From: Nitrospinota bacterium
GTDB lineage: Bacteria > Nitrospinota_A > UBA7883 > JACRLM01
NCBI GenBank assembly: GCA_016235255.1
Contig: JACRLM010000066.1
Span: forward strand, 4,179 to 68,178
Direction of reading: 5' to 3'
Length of the DNA stretch: 64,000 bases
Shown here: in pieces, positions 35,093 to 46,000 of the stretch
Numbering within the stretch: the stretch's first letter is position 1
How the letters are laid out: every line of letters begins with the position of its first letter
Program-made: the position numbers and the translations under genes
The notes under the pieces: generated by a model
Told to the model about the DNA's origin: nothing
Database searches by the model: none
The model's input: only the letters and a program-made list of their open reading frames with translations

Positions 35093-38000
35093 CAGGGGCG
35101 CAAGCGGGAGGACATCCGGAATACTCCGGAAAGGTTGCGGTGACAGGCATGGCGCTTCGCATGCCCGGGGCCAATACTCCGGCGGAGTTCTGGGCGAACA
35201 TCTGCGACGGGAAGGACTGCATAACGGCATTCAGCCGGGAGGCGCTTATCCAAGCGGGGGTCAAGCCCGCGATAGTGGACAATCCGGACTACGTCCGCTC
35301 CAAAGGGATTATTGATGCGGTCGAAATGTTCGACGCGGCCTTTTTCGGATATTCCCCCCGCGAGGCGGAGCTTATGGACCCGCAGGGGAGGATATTCCTG
35401 GAATGCGCGTGGGAAGCGATGGAAGACGCCGGATACGCCCCCGGCTCGTTCCATGGCGCGGCGGGCGTCTTCGCCGGGGCGGGGATGAACACATACCTTG
35501 CCAGCAACGTATATCCGTGCGCGGACCTTTCGGAAACTTCGGCCATGTACCTTGCCATGACCGGCAACTCAAACGACTTTCTGGCCACCCGGGTCTGCTA
35601 CGCCATGAACTTCACCGGGCCGGGAGTCACCGTGCAGACCGCATGCTCCACGTCGCTTGTGGCGGCGCACATGGCCTGCCAGAGCCTTTTGGGAATGGAG
35701 TGCGACATGGCGCTGGCCGGCGGCGTGGCGATAAGGACTCCGTACATCGCCGGGTACATGTACCAGGAGGGGATGATCCTCTCCCCGGACGGCAAATGCC
35801 GCGCCTTCGACGCGAAGGCCAAAGGGACCGTGCCTGGCTCCGGCGCCGGGGTGGTGGTCTTAAAAAGGCTGGAGGACGCCATAGCGGATGGCGACCGGAT
35901 ATACGCTGTGATATCAGGCTCCGCCATAAACAACGACGGATCGGCAAAGGCGGGCTACACGGCGCCGGGGGTGGAGGGGCAGTCCTCCGTTATCCGGGAG
36001 GCGCACGCCGTGGCGGGGATCGAGCCTTCGTCCATTACATATGTGGAGACCCACGGGACAGGGACGACGGTGGGAGACCCGATAGAGATATCGGCCCTGA
36101 ACATTGCCTTCGGCGCTGGCGCCGGCAAAAGGGGATGCGCCATAGGGTCGGTGAAATCGAACATCGGCCATCTGGACGCGGCGGCGGGAGTGGCCGGGCT
36201 TATAAAGACGGCGCTGGCGCTTCACAACAGGAAAATCCCCCCCAGCGCGCATTTTAATACGCCGAACCCGGCCATAGATTTTTCCTCCGGGCCGTTCTAC
36301 ATGAACACTTCACTTTGCGGCTGGATTTCAGCAAACGGCGCTCCAAGGCGCGCCGGAGTGAGCTCATTTGGCGTTGGGGGGACCAACGCCCACATGGTAT
36401 TGGAGGAGGCGCCGCAAGGGGCCGTTTCAGGCCCTTCACGGCCATTGCAGGTGATCACCGTGTCCGCCCGGAGTTCCGAGGCCCTTGCCCGGGCATGTTC
36501 AAACCTTGCGGACAGGTTCCGCGATGAACCTTCAATCTCGCTTCCGGACGCGGCGTACACGCAGGCCGCCGGCCGCAAGATTTTTGGGCACAGGAGGGCG
36601 TTGGTGTGCGGATCGGCGATGGAAGCTGCGGACGCGCTTGAACAGGCCGCAAACGGGCCGGGGGTGGAATCCGTTGATGACGCAGACATACCGATAGTCC
36701 TGATGTTCCCCGGCCAGGGGGCGCAGCATGTGGACATGGGGCGCAAGCTGTACGAAGCGGAGCCTGTTTTCCGGGAGGCGATGGACCGGTGCTTTGCGAT
36801 ACTGAAAAAAACGGCGGGGTTCGATCTGCGCGGCGTCATGCATCCGGAACGGGCGACACCGGAAGCGGCGGAGCTTATCAACAAAACGGAATACGCACAG
36901 CCCGCCCTTTTCGCCACTGGATACGCTCTCGCGGAATTGTGGGCCGAATGGGGCGCAAAGCCTTCGGCGATGATCGGCCACAGCGTGGGCGAGTACGTGG
37001 CGGCATGTATCGCCGGAGTGTTCCCGCTGGAAGAGGCGCTGCCGCTTGTGGCCGGACGCGGCAGGCTGATGGGGAGCATGGAGCCGGGGGCTATGGCGGC
37101 GGTGATGGCCGGGGAAGATGCGGCGCGCGCCGGGCTTATGGACGGACTTTCCATTGCGGCGGTGAACGCTCCGGAGGCCTGTGTGGTGTCCGGGCCGGAG
37201 AAGTCGGTGAAAGCTTATATGGATGCCGCCGCGAGGGACGGACTTGCATGCGCTCCGCTCCACGTGTCCCACGCATTCCATTCGGCGATGATGGAGCCAG
37301 CCGCGGCGCCTCTTTGCGATCTGGCCGGAAAGCTGAAACTTAACGCGCCAACTATTCCATTCGTATCCAACGTCACCGGCGGTTGGATCACCCCGGCCCA
37401 GGCGCAAGACCCCGGATACTGGGGGACGCATCTTATGAAGACCGTGATGTTCGGCGGCGGGATCGCCACAATCGCCGGCAAATTAAAAAACGCCGTTTTC
37501 ATCGATGCGGGGGCTGGCCGGACGCTTTGCTCCCTTGCGGCCAGGAACATCGGACCTGCCGCCGGATTTGCCATTATCCCTTCCATGCCCCATCCGAAGG
37601 ACGGAAAGGATGGCCACAGGTTCATTCTCGAAGCGCTCGCAAAAGTGTGGCAGGCGGGGGGCGGGGTGGACTGGACCGGTTTTTACAAGGGAGAAAAAAG
37701 ACAAAGGATCGCGCTCCCCACATATCCGTTCGAACGCAAGCGGCACTGGCTCGAACCTGCCGGGCGCGGCGGTGATGCGAAAAGCGGCCGGGCCGATATA
37801 TCAAAATGGCTTTACGCCCCGTCGTGGACCCCATCTTTGCCGCCCGTCATCGGAAATGAACGTGCGCCGGAGCTTTGCGTTGTTTTCGGCGCCGCCGGAT
37901 TGGGCGAGGATTTAATAAAGAATTTTAGCGCCGCAGGCCGCAAGACAATCTTCGTTACAACCGGCGATGGTTATGCGGAAAACGCCGGCGGATCATACAC

Positions 38001-39615
38001 GGTCAATCCAGCGTCCAAAGATGATTACGTAAAACTGTTTTCGAGAATCCAGCCGGACGGCGGGATTCTCGTCGCGCACACGTGGCTTGCCGAAGAGACA
38101 GACGGTGAGGAAGCTGATTTAAAGCTTGGCTACTACAGCCTTCTTGGCATCGTCCAGGCGCTGGACGAAACCGGAATTATTGGGCGCGCATCCGTGTGCG
38201 TTGTGACGCGCGGAGTTTTCGATGTGACCGGTAAAGAAGACATCCACCCCGCCCGTGCGGCGGTATTAGGCCCGATTTTGAGCGCCCCCAGGGAATATCC
38301 CGGACTGACCACCAGATGCGTGGACATCGGCGGCGTGAGACCAGATGTTGAAAGTATCGCGCGCGAAATCCTCCACGGGCATGGGCAAGTGGCGGCCATA
38401 CGGGATGGAAGAGGCTGGACGCAAGGATTATCCCCGGTTCCGCTTTCATCAAAATCAATCCAACCTCTCCGGGAAGGCGGGGTGTATGTGATAACCGGAG
38501 GGCTGGGGGCCATCGGCCATGCGCTGGCTGTGCGGATGGCCAAAACAGCGCGGGTGAAGCTGGCGCTTATCGTCCGCTCGCCGCTGCCGCCGAGGGAACA
38601 ATGGGCTGCTTATTCGGACGGTCATCCACTGGGCGATCCTGTATCGCTAAAAATCGCCAGGGCGATGGAGATTGAAAAACTGGCGGAGCGGACGCTTGTG
38701 ATCGCGGCGGACATGGGGGATGAAAAGGTTGTTGCCGATGCGTTGGCCAAAGTGGAAAAATATCTGGGCGCGGTCAACGGGGTGGTCCATTGCGCCGGGG
38801 AGACCGGTGAGATATCGCTTAAGACCCTAAGCCAGACAGATTTTCAGATCAGCGAGGCCAACTTCGCCCCAAAGGGGCGCGGTGCGTTGGCCATAGAAAA
38901 AGCGTTGCGGGGCAAGAATCCCGATTTTTGCGTGTTGATGTCGTCATTGGCCTCCATGACAGGCGGCGTGGGCTTTACCGCGTACTCGGCGGCGAACGCA
39001 TATATGGACGCGGTGGCTGTGAAGGCCGGCCGCGAATCGGCCGCGCGGTGGATCACGATCAACTGGGACGGCTGGCGCCATTCCGCCGGAAAAGTGTTGG
39101 GTGGAATCGGAAACGCCGAGGCGGAGAGCCTTTTGATATCGCCGGACGAAGGAGTGTATCTGTTTTTTAAAATAGTGGCCGATCCCTGGTCTGCAAGGAT
39201 GGTGGTGTCCGTTGTCAATCTGGCGGAAAGGGACGAAATAATTGGCGGGATGCGAAAGCGTGCCTTCACGCACACTGCCGTGGCGCAAAACGGGAATGGC
39301 CGCAAAACCGCAACGCATCCGCCACGCAACGAGGTGGAAAAAAGCCTGGCACTGATGTGGACGAACCTTCTGGGAGTGGAGACGGTGGGGATCCACGACG
39401 ATTTTTTCGAGATGGGAGGCCATTCGCTGCTGGCCACTCAGATCATATCAAGGGTAAAAAAGGAATTTGGCGTGGAATGCCCGCAGTCGGCCATTTTCCA
39501 GTACCCAACAGTGGCCAGGCTGGCCGGGACGATAAGCGGAATGCAACTGGCGGAGAAGCTTGCCGGAGTTGAAACCGGCGATCCGCCTGCCGCCAGGGAA
39601 GAGATGGAACTGTGA
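35089..39615 (+). CDS. Type I PKS module: KS-AT-KR-carrier protein
   Basis: ATGA overlap with the upstream gene. KS: TACSTSL (Cys 35644), ETHGTGT, KSNIGHLDAAAG. AT: FPGQGAQ, GHSVGEY (Ser 36982), HAFHS (malonyl-type). KR: ITGGLGAIG (38494..38517), SSLASMTGGVGFTAYSAANAY. Carrier: FFEMGGHSLLATQ (Ser 39424). The C-terminus ends AREEMEL. Confidence 0.95.
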   Translation: MTGAQAGGHPEYSGKVAVTGMALRMPGANTPAEFWANICDGKDCITAFSREALIQAGVKPAIVDNPDYVRSKGIIDAVEMFDAAFFGYSPREAELMDPQGRIFLECAWEAMEDAGYAPGSFHGAAGVFAGAGMNTYLASNVYPCADLSETSAMYLAMTGNSNDFLATRVCYAMNFTGPGVTVQTACSTSLVAAHMACQSLLGMECDMALAGGVAIRTPYIAGYMYQEGMILSPDGKCRAFDAKAKGTVPGSGAGVVVLKRLEDAIADGDRIYAVISGSAINNDGSAKAGYTAPGVEGQSSVIREAHAVAGIEPSSITYVETHGTGTTVGDPIEISALNIAFGAGAGKRGCAIGSVKSNIGHLDAAAGVAGLIKTALALHNRKIPPSAHFNTPNPAIDFSSGPFYMNTSLCGWISANGAPRRAGVSSFGVGGTNAHMVLEEAPQGAVSGPSRPLQVITVSARSSEALARACSNLADRFRDEPSISLPDAAYTQAAGRKIFGHRRALVCGSAMEAADALEQAANGPGVESVDDADIPIVLMFPGQGAQHVDMGRKLYEAEPVFREAMDRCFAILKKTAGFDLRGVMHPERATPEAAELINKTEYAQPALFATGYALAELWAEWGAKPSAMIGHSVGEYVAACIAGVFPLEEALPLVAGRGRLMGSMEPGAMAAVMAGEDAARAGLMDGLSIAAVNAPEACVVSGPEKSVKAYMDAAARDGLACAPLHVSHAFHSAMMEPAAAPLCDLAGKLKLNAPTIPFVSNVTGGWITPAQAQDPGYWGTHLMKTVMFGGGIATIAGKLKNAVFIDAGAGRTLCSLAARNIGPAAGFAIIPSMPHPKDGKDGHRFILEALAKVWQAGGGVDWTGFYKGEKRQRIALPTYPFERKRHWLEPAGRGGDAKSGRADISKWLYAPSWTPSLPPVIGNERAPELCVVFGAAGLGEDLIKNFSAAGRKTIFVTTGDGYAENAGGSYTVNPASKDDYVKLFSRIQPDGGILVAHTWLAEETDGEEADLKLGYYSLLGIVQALDETGIIGRASVCVVTRGVFDVTGKEDIHPARAAVLGPILSAPREYPGLTTRCVDIGGVRPDVESIAREILHGHGQVAAIRDGRGWTQGLSPVPLSSKSIQPLREGGVYVITGGLGAIGHALAVRMAKTARVKLALIVRSPLPPREQWAAYSDGHPLGDPVSLKIARAMEIEKLAERTLVIAADMGDEKVVADALAKVEKYLGAVNGVVHCAGETGEISLKTLSQTDFQISEANFAPKGRGALAIEKALRGKNPDFCVLMSSLASMTGGVGFTAYSAANAYMDAVAVKAGRESAARWITINWDGWRHSAGKVLGGIGNAEAESLLISPDEGVYLFFKIVADPWSARMVVSVVNLAERDEIIGGMRKRAFTHTAVAQNGNGRKTATHPPRNEVEKSLALMWTNLLGVETVGIHDDFFEMGGHSLLATQIISRVKKEFGVECPQSAIFQYPTVARLAGTISGMQLAEKLAGVETGDPPAAREEMEL

Positions 39616-39780
39616 GCGTAAAAGAGCTTTTGGAAAAACTCGGCGGGCTGGACGTGCGAGTGCGCGCGGACGGCGGCAGGCTTAAGATAAGCGCGCCGGA
39701 AGGGACGCTCACGGAAATGCTGCGCGGGGAGATCGCCGGACGCAAGGGGGAGATAATCGCCTTTCTGGCGGAAGCGGCGG
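39612..39780 (+). other. TubC-N-type beta-hairpin docking domain (junction 1)
   Basis: The first ~55 aa precede the C domain and follow the pattern LLxxLxxxGVxLxxEGxxLRxxAPxGxLTxxL...K.EI. The upstream PKS ends in the acidic tail EEMEL. Confidence 0.6.
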
Positions 39781-42700
39781 GAACCCGCAAGAGCTCCAGT
39801 ATCGTCCGCGTCCCACGCGAGGGCCGGATTCCGCTCTCCTCGGCGCAAAGACGGCTGTGGTTCATGGACAGGATGGAGGGGCCCGGCGCGGCGTACAACA
39901 TGCCAGCGGCCTTTAAGCTGACCGGCCGGTTTGACGAAGCGGCGTTTTTCAAGGCGGTGGACGCGATAGTAATGCGCCATGAGACGTTAAGGACGGCGTT
40001 CCCATCGGAAGACGGCGAGCCGTACCAGAATATTCAGGGCGCGAGCAGGGCTCCTGTGGCATATGACGATCTTACGGCGCTGCCGCATGAAGAGCGGGAG
40101 GCGAAAGCATTGCGCTCGATAAAAGAACTGACCGCAAGGCCTTTTGACCTTTCCGAGGGGCCGCTTCTGCGGACACACCTGATTAGGACAGGCGAGGATG
40201 AAAGATACCTGGCCTTTTCGATAAGCCATATCGTTTCCGACGGATGGTCGGCCGGGGTCTTCACGCGGGAGATTGAATGGCTGTACGAAGAGCATCTTTG
40301 CGGACGCGGCGCCGGGCTGCCGGAGCTTGAGGTCCAATATGCCGATTATTCGGCGTGGGAACGCGTGGAACTCGCGGAAGGAAAACTCATGCGGCAGGTG
40401 GAGTATTGGCGCGAGACCCTTGCAGGAGCCCCGCCGTCGCTAAACCTTCCGGCGGACAAGGCGCGGCCGGCCATTCAAAGCTCGCGCGGCAGGACCATTG
40501 GCTTTGCGATAGGGGACGATGTACGCGCAAGCCTGGCGAGGATATCCGCCCGGAGCGGCTCCACGATGTTCATGACCCTGGCGGCGGCATACGCCGTCAC
40601 GATGGGCCGTCTTTCAGGGCAGGAGAGCGTGGTGATCGGCGTTCCCGCGGCGAACCGGAACACGCCGGAGTTGGAGGGGATGATCGGCCTTTTCGCCAAC
40701 ACACTTCCGTTATGGATAAAACTGGACGGCAATCCGTCTTTCACAACTCTGTTGGAACGCGCCAGGCTTGCCGCCATCGGGATGTTTGAGAACAGCGAAG
40801 CTCCTTTTGAAAGCCTGGTTGCCGCGTTGAATCCGGAAAGGGATTTGAGCCGCAACCCGATAGCCCAGACCCTTTTCGCCCTGCACAAGTCGCCCCGGCA
40901 CTCCATGTTTCCGGAGCTTAATTTCCCAGGCGTGAAATCGGACACTGTGGAGATCGAAAACGAGCATGTGCGGTACGACGTGGAAACGCACATGTGGGAG
41001 ACCGGCGGCGGGATAGGCGGGCTTCTTATGTACAACACGGGCATTTTTAATGAATCCACCGCACGGAGGCTGGCGGCCCGATACGTAATGCTGGCCGAAT
41101 CAATAGCCGCCGATCCGGAGAAGCGGATATACGACTACGGCCTGCTGACGGCTGAGGAGATAACGCTTGTCTCGGATTGGGGAGGGACTGTGTCCGCCAA
41201 TCCCGCGGGGACTGTCCATGGACTGTTTGAAAAAATCGCGGAGCAAAAGCCGGACGCGGCGGCGGTGATATCAGGCGATGAGACAGTCAACTATGCTCAA
41301 CTAAATAGCCGGGCCGATGCGCTGGCCGTAAGGTTGGCCGCCGCTGGCGCGGGGCGCGGGGCGGCCGTTGGGATATTCATGGAGCGCGGGGCCGGTATGG
41401 TGGCGGCGCTTTTGGGCGCGCTGAAATCCGGCGCGGCTTATGTGCCGGTGGACCCGTCGTACCCGAAAGAGCGGGTGGAGTTCATGCTCGCCGATTCGGG
41501 GATCCGCGCCGTGGTCACGAGCGCCGCGCTGGCCTCTTCACTTCCAGCCGGTGATTTTAGCGTTGTGACGATGGAAGGATTGTCCGGCGCCGTGGCGGCC
41601 GAAGAGGATCGCCCCGCTGAAAAAATATCGTCCGATGATCTGGCGTATATCATCTACACCTCCGGTTCCACAGGCAAGCCCAAGGGAGTGATGGTGACAC
41701 ACTCCAACGTGGTCAACTTCCTTTCGTCCATGGCCGAGGCGCCGGGGATATCGCCGGAGGAGACGGCTCTTGCGGTCACAACAATATCCTTTGATATCGC
41801 GGCGCTGGAGATATTCCTGCCGCTTACATCCGGAGCCCGGGTGGTGATCGCCTCCACCGGGCAGGCGCGGGACGCGGCCAGCCTCATGGCGCTGATGGAA
41901 AAACATTCCGTCACCTTCGCCCAGGCCACGCCGTCCACATGGCGGATGCTCATCGAGGCCGGATGGAACGGCGGGACAGGCCTTAAAGTCCTTTGCGGAG
42001 GCGAGGCCCTTTCAACGGAGCTTGCGGCGAAGCTTCGCGCGCGATCGGGCGCGTTATGGAACATGTACGGACCGACAGAGACCACAATCTGGTCATCCAT
42101 ATATCGCGTGACGGATGCGGACATGGAAGGGGGCGTTGCCACACAACCTGTCGGCAAACCAATCGCCAACACGGTCATGCGGATTCTCGACGCCGTCCTC
42201 AAGCCTGTTCCCATCGGCGCGGCAGGTGAACTTTACATCGGGGGGGCTGGAGTGGCGGCCGGGTACAAAAACAGGCCGGAGCTCACCGCCGAGCGGTTCA
42301 TACCTGATCCATCCGGCGCCACTGGGGCAAAGTTGTACAGAACCGGCGACCTGGCCCGCTACCTCCCCTCCGGGGATATTGAGTATCTGGGCCGCAGTGA
42401 TTTTCAGGTGAAATTCCGGGGACACAGGATCGAGCTTGGCGAGGTGGAATCGGCAGTGGCCTCCGCCCCGGGGGTGGCGCGGGCAGTGGTTGTTGTGCGC
42501 GAGGATGCGCCGGGGGACAAGAGATTGGTGGCGTATGTCACCCCAAGCAAAGCTGAACACGCCGAGGACGCTATAAAGGTGGCCGTGAAAGCGAAGCTGC
42601 CAGACTACATGGCGCCATCGGTTTATGTTTTCATGGACGATCTGCCGCTAACGCCAAACGGCAAGGTGGACCGCAAGGCGCTTCCCGCGCCGCGGAATAA

Positions 42701-43067
42701 ACATCGCGCCCCTTCGGCGGATGCTCGCCCGGCCAACGATCTGGAGCGGGACATGGCCGCCATATGGGGCAGGCTGCTGCAAAAGGAAGACGTGAGCGTA
42801 ACAGACAACCTTTTTGACATCGGAGCGCACTCGTTCTTGATCGTGAAGGCCCAGGCGGTGATAGAAAAAGAACTGGGGATCAGAATGGAGACGATAGAGA
42901 TGTTCCGCAACCCCACCATCCGCTTGCTGGCAAGGCGGCTTGGCGAAGCTTCACCGGGAACGGCCACTTGCGCCACCTTGGATCATTCGTCCACGGCGGA
43001 AAAGAGCAGGGGTGCCATTGCAAGGCAACGGGCGTTGATGAAAAAAATAAGAGGAGCCAATGGCTGA
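39612..43067 (+). CDS. NRPS module: beta-hairpin docking domain-C-A(Gly)-PCP
   Basis: GTGA overlap with the upstream gene. The N-terminus is TubC-N-like: MSVKELLEKLGGLDVRVRADGGRLKISAPEGTLTEMLRGEIAGRKGEIIAFL. C: LSSAQRRLWF, SHIVSDGWS. A: YIIYTSGSTGKPKGV, NMYGPTETTIW, YRTGDLARY. The hand-extracted specificity code is DILQLGMIWK, which matches the Gly code DILQLGLIWK at 9 of 10 positions. PCP: IGAHSF (Ser 42831). Confidence 0.93.
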   Translation: MSVKELLEKLGGLDVRVRADGGRLKISAPEGTLTEMLRGEIAGRKGEIIAFLAEAAGTRKSSSIVRVPREGRIPLSSAQRRLWFMDRMEGPGAAYNMPAAFKLTGRFDEAAFFKAVDAIVMRHETLRTAFPSEDGEPYQNIQGASRAPVAYDDLTALPHEEREAKALRSIKELTARPFDLSEGPLLRTHLIRTGEDERYLAFSISHIVSDGWSAGVFTREIEWLYEEHLCGRGAGLPELEVQYADYSAWERVELAEGKLMRQVEYWRETLAGAPPSLNLPADKARPAIQSSRGRTIGFAIGDDVRASLARISARSGSTMFMTLAAAYAVTMGRLSGQESVVIGVPAANRNTPELEGMIGLFANTLPLWIKLDGNPSFTTLLERARLAAIGMFENSEAPFESLVAALNPERDLSRNPIAQTLFALHKSPRHSMFPELNFPGVKSDTVEIENEHVRYDVETHMWETGGGIGGLLMYNTGIFNESTARRLAARYVMLAESIAADPEKRIYDYGLLTAEEITLVSDWGGTVSANPAGTVHGLFEKIAEQKPDAAAVISGDETVNYAQLNSRADALAVRLAAAGAGRGAAVGIFMERGAGMVAALLGALKSGAAYVPVDPSYPKERVEFMLADSGIRAVVTSAALASSLPAGDFSVVTMEGLSGAVAAEEDRPAEKISSDDLAYIIYTSGSTGKPKGVMVTHSNVVNFLSSMAEAPGISPEETALAVTTISFDIAALEIFLPLTSGARVVIASTGQARDAASLMALMEKHSVTFAQATPSTWRMLIEAGWNGGTGLKVLCGGEALSTELAAKLRARSGALWNMYGPTETTIWSSIYRVTDADMEGGVATQPVGKPIANTVMRILDAVLKPVPIGAAGELYIGGAGVAAGYKNRPELTAERFIPDPSGATGAKLYRTGDLARYLPSGDIEYLGRSDFQVKFRGHRIELGEVESAVASAPGVARAVVVVREDAPGDKRLVAYVTPSKAEHAEDAIKVAVKAKLPDYMAPSVYVFMDDLPLTPNGKVDRKALPAPRNKHRAPSADARPANDLERDMAAIWGRLLQKEDVSVTDNLFDIGAHSFLIVKAQAVIEKELGIRMETIEMFRNPTIRLLARRLGEASPGTATCATLDHSSTAEKSRGAIARQRALMKKIRGANG

Positions 43068-46000
43068 TAAGTACGAGCAGACGGGGCTTGAGCCTATCGC
43101 GGTGGTGGGGATGGCCATGCGCTATCCCGGCGCCGCCACAGCCGAAGGATTCTGGGCGAATCTGCGCAACGGGGTGGAGTCCGTCCGGCGTTTCACCGAT
43201 GAGCAGCTTGCCGCCGCTGGAGTGGCCCCGAAGCTTGTGAAAGATCCTCGGTATGTGAAGGCGCGCGCGGTGCTGGACGGGATAGACATGTTCGACGCCT
43301 CTTTTTTCGGATTCACGGAGTTGGAGGCGCGCCAGACGGACCCGCAGCACAGGCTGTTTCTCGAATGCGCGTGGGAGGCGATGGAGGACGCGGGGTATGA
43401 CTCCACCAAGTACTCCGGAAGGATCGGCGTTTTCGGCGGGTGCGGGTTCAACTCCTACCTTGCTCTAAACTTGTCCGAGGGACTCGATGCCGGCGATCCG
43501 GCCGGGGCCTATGGGCTTTACATTGGCAACGACAAGGATTTCCTGTCCACGCGCGTGGCGTACAAATTAAACCTCACGGGGCCGGCCGTCACCGTGAACA
43601 GCGCGTGCTCCACCTCCCTTGTGGCGGTCCATTTGGCCTGCCAGAGCCTTCTTTCATACCAGTGCGACATGGCGCTGGCCGGAGGCTCCTCTGTCAACGC
43701 CCGGCAGATGGAAGGGTACCTTTACGAGGAGGGGATGATTTTAAGCCCAGACGGCCATTGCAGGGCCTTTGACGCAAAAAGCTCCGGCATCGTGCCGGGA
43801 AGCGGGACGGGGATCGTCGCGCTCAAACGGCTGGAGGACGCGCTGCGCGACGGCGACACGGTGAACGCGGTGATATTGGGCTCCGCGGTGAACAACGACG
43901 GCGCCGTGAAGGCCGGGTACACCGCCCCCAGCGTGGACGGGCAGGCGAAAGTGATAAGCGAGGCCATCGCCATCGCCGGGGTCGAGCCTGAGACCATAAG
44001 TTATGTGGAGGCGCACGGCACCGGTACGCCGATGGGCGACCCGATAGAGATCGCGGCGCTCACGCAGGCTTTTGGGACCGGGAAAAAAGCATATTGCGCC
44101 ATAGGTTCGGTGAAGACTAACATCGGCCACACCGACACGGCGGCGGGGGTGGCCGGACTGATCAAGACCGCGCTGGCGCTTAAAAACCGCGAAATCCCGC
44201 CAAGCCTGAACTACACGGCTCCAAACCCGGCGATTGATTTTGCGAACGGGCCGTTTTTCGTGAACGCCAGATTGCGCCCGTGGGAAGCATTGACCGGGCC
44301 GCGCAGGGCCGGTGTAAGCTCGTTGGGGATAGGGGGGACGAACGCCCATGTGATCATGGAGCAGGCTCCGGCGCAAAGGGATGCGGGAAAATCGCGCAAA
44401 TACTATCTTGCCCCCATGTCCGCCAAAACCGGCAAAGCCCTTGAGACGATGCAAGGCGCCATTGCGGAACGGTTGTCCGCCAATCACGTGCCCATCCAGG
44501 ACGCGGCGTACACCCTTGGCGTGGGCCGCAGGGATTTTGCGGACCGCTCGGCGGTGGTGTGCGCGGGAGCGGATGACGCGGCGCGAAAGTTGAAAAGCGG
44601 CGCGGTCATCACAGGCGAGGCGGGAAGCGGGGCTCGGCCTGTTGTCTTCATGTTCCCGGGGCAGGGGGCGCAAAGCGCGAACATGGCGCGGGGACTGTAT
44701 GAAACGGAGCCTGTGTTCAGGTACGCCATGGACGAATGTTTTGCGATCCTGAGCGGCGTGATGGACACCGATCTTAAATCCATACTCTACCCGTCTCCGG
44801 GCATGGAAGCCGAGGCGGCGTGCCAGCTGACTCGCACAAAATACGCCCAACCGGCCCTTTTCGCGGTATGCCGTTCGCTTGCCGTGGTGTGGAGGAAATG
44901 GGGCGTGACGCCATGCTGCTCCATCGGGCATAGCGTGGGGGAATATGTGAGCGCGCATCTTGCCGGGGTGTTTTCGCTGGAGGACGCGCTAAAACTTGTT
45001 GCGGCGCGGGGAAGGGTCATCGAAAAACAGCCCGGGGGCGCCATGACGGCGGTGTTCATGGACGAGCGGGACATCGCGGGGATCGTCAATGGCGAAATCT
45101 CTATCGCCGCAGTGAACGCGCAGGACGTTTGCGTGCTCTCCGGCCCGGTGGCGGCCGTGGAGCGGATTGAGGCGCAGTTCGGATCGCGCTCGATCTCGTT
45201 CAAAAGGCTCCACACCTCGCACGCGTTCCACTCGGCGATGATGGAGCCTGCGGTGGCGGAGTTTGAAAAAATCGTCCGCGATATGAAGCTTGACGCTCCG
45301 CGCTTTGCGTTCATCTCCAACGTCACGGGAACCTGGATCACCAAAGAGGACGCGGTTGATCCTGCGTACTGGTCGAAACATATCCGGGCAACGGTGCGCT
45401 TCTCCGGGGGAGTGCGGGAAATAATGAAAAAGTACGAAGACGCGGCGTTCCTTGAGGCCGGGCCGGGCCGGACGCTCTCGGGCCTCGTTTCGCGGCACGG
45501 CGCGAAGTTGTCCGTGGCGTGCCTGCCTCATCCCGGCGAGGAGGTGGACGATGTGGAGAAGGCGCTGGACGCGTTGGGGCGCCTTTGGGTGAATGGCGCC
45601 CGGGTGGACTGGCAAGGATTTAATGAAGGCCGGGAGGGGTGCCGCGTGAGCTTGCCGAAATATCCATTCGAGAAAAGACCCTATTGGGCCGGAGGCAAGG
45701 CATCCGGCCATGCGAAAGCGGCGCTGGTGAAGGAAACCGACATGTCGCGCTGGTTTTACGTCCCCTCTTGGAAGCGGACTCCTTCTTCGCCAAAGCAGGA
45801 AGGAACGGGCGACATCCTTGTATTCACGGACAGGGAAGGGAGCGGCGCTTTCCTTGCCGCCCGGCTGGCGGAGCGCGGGATGAGGGTGACCACCGTATAT
45901 GGCGGCGAAGCTTACGAGGCGGGCGATGGACATTTCACGGTGCGGCCCGATTCGCCGGAGGATTGCCGGAAACTGTTCGGGGCGCTCGGAACGGTCCCCG

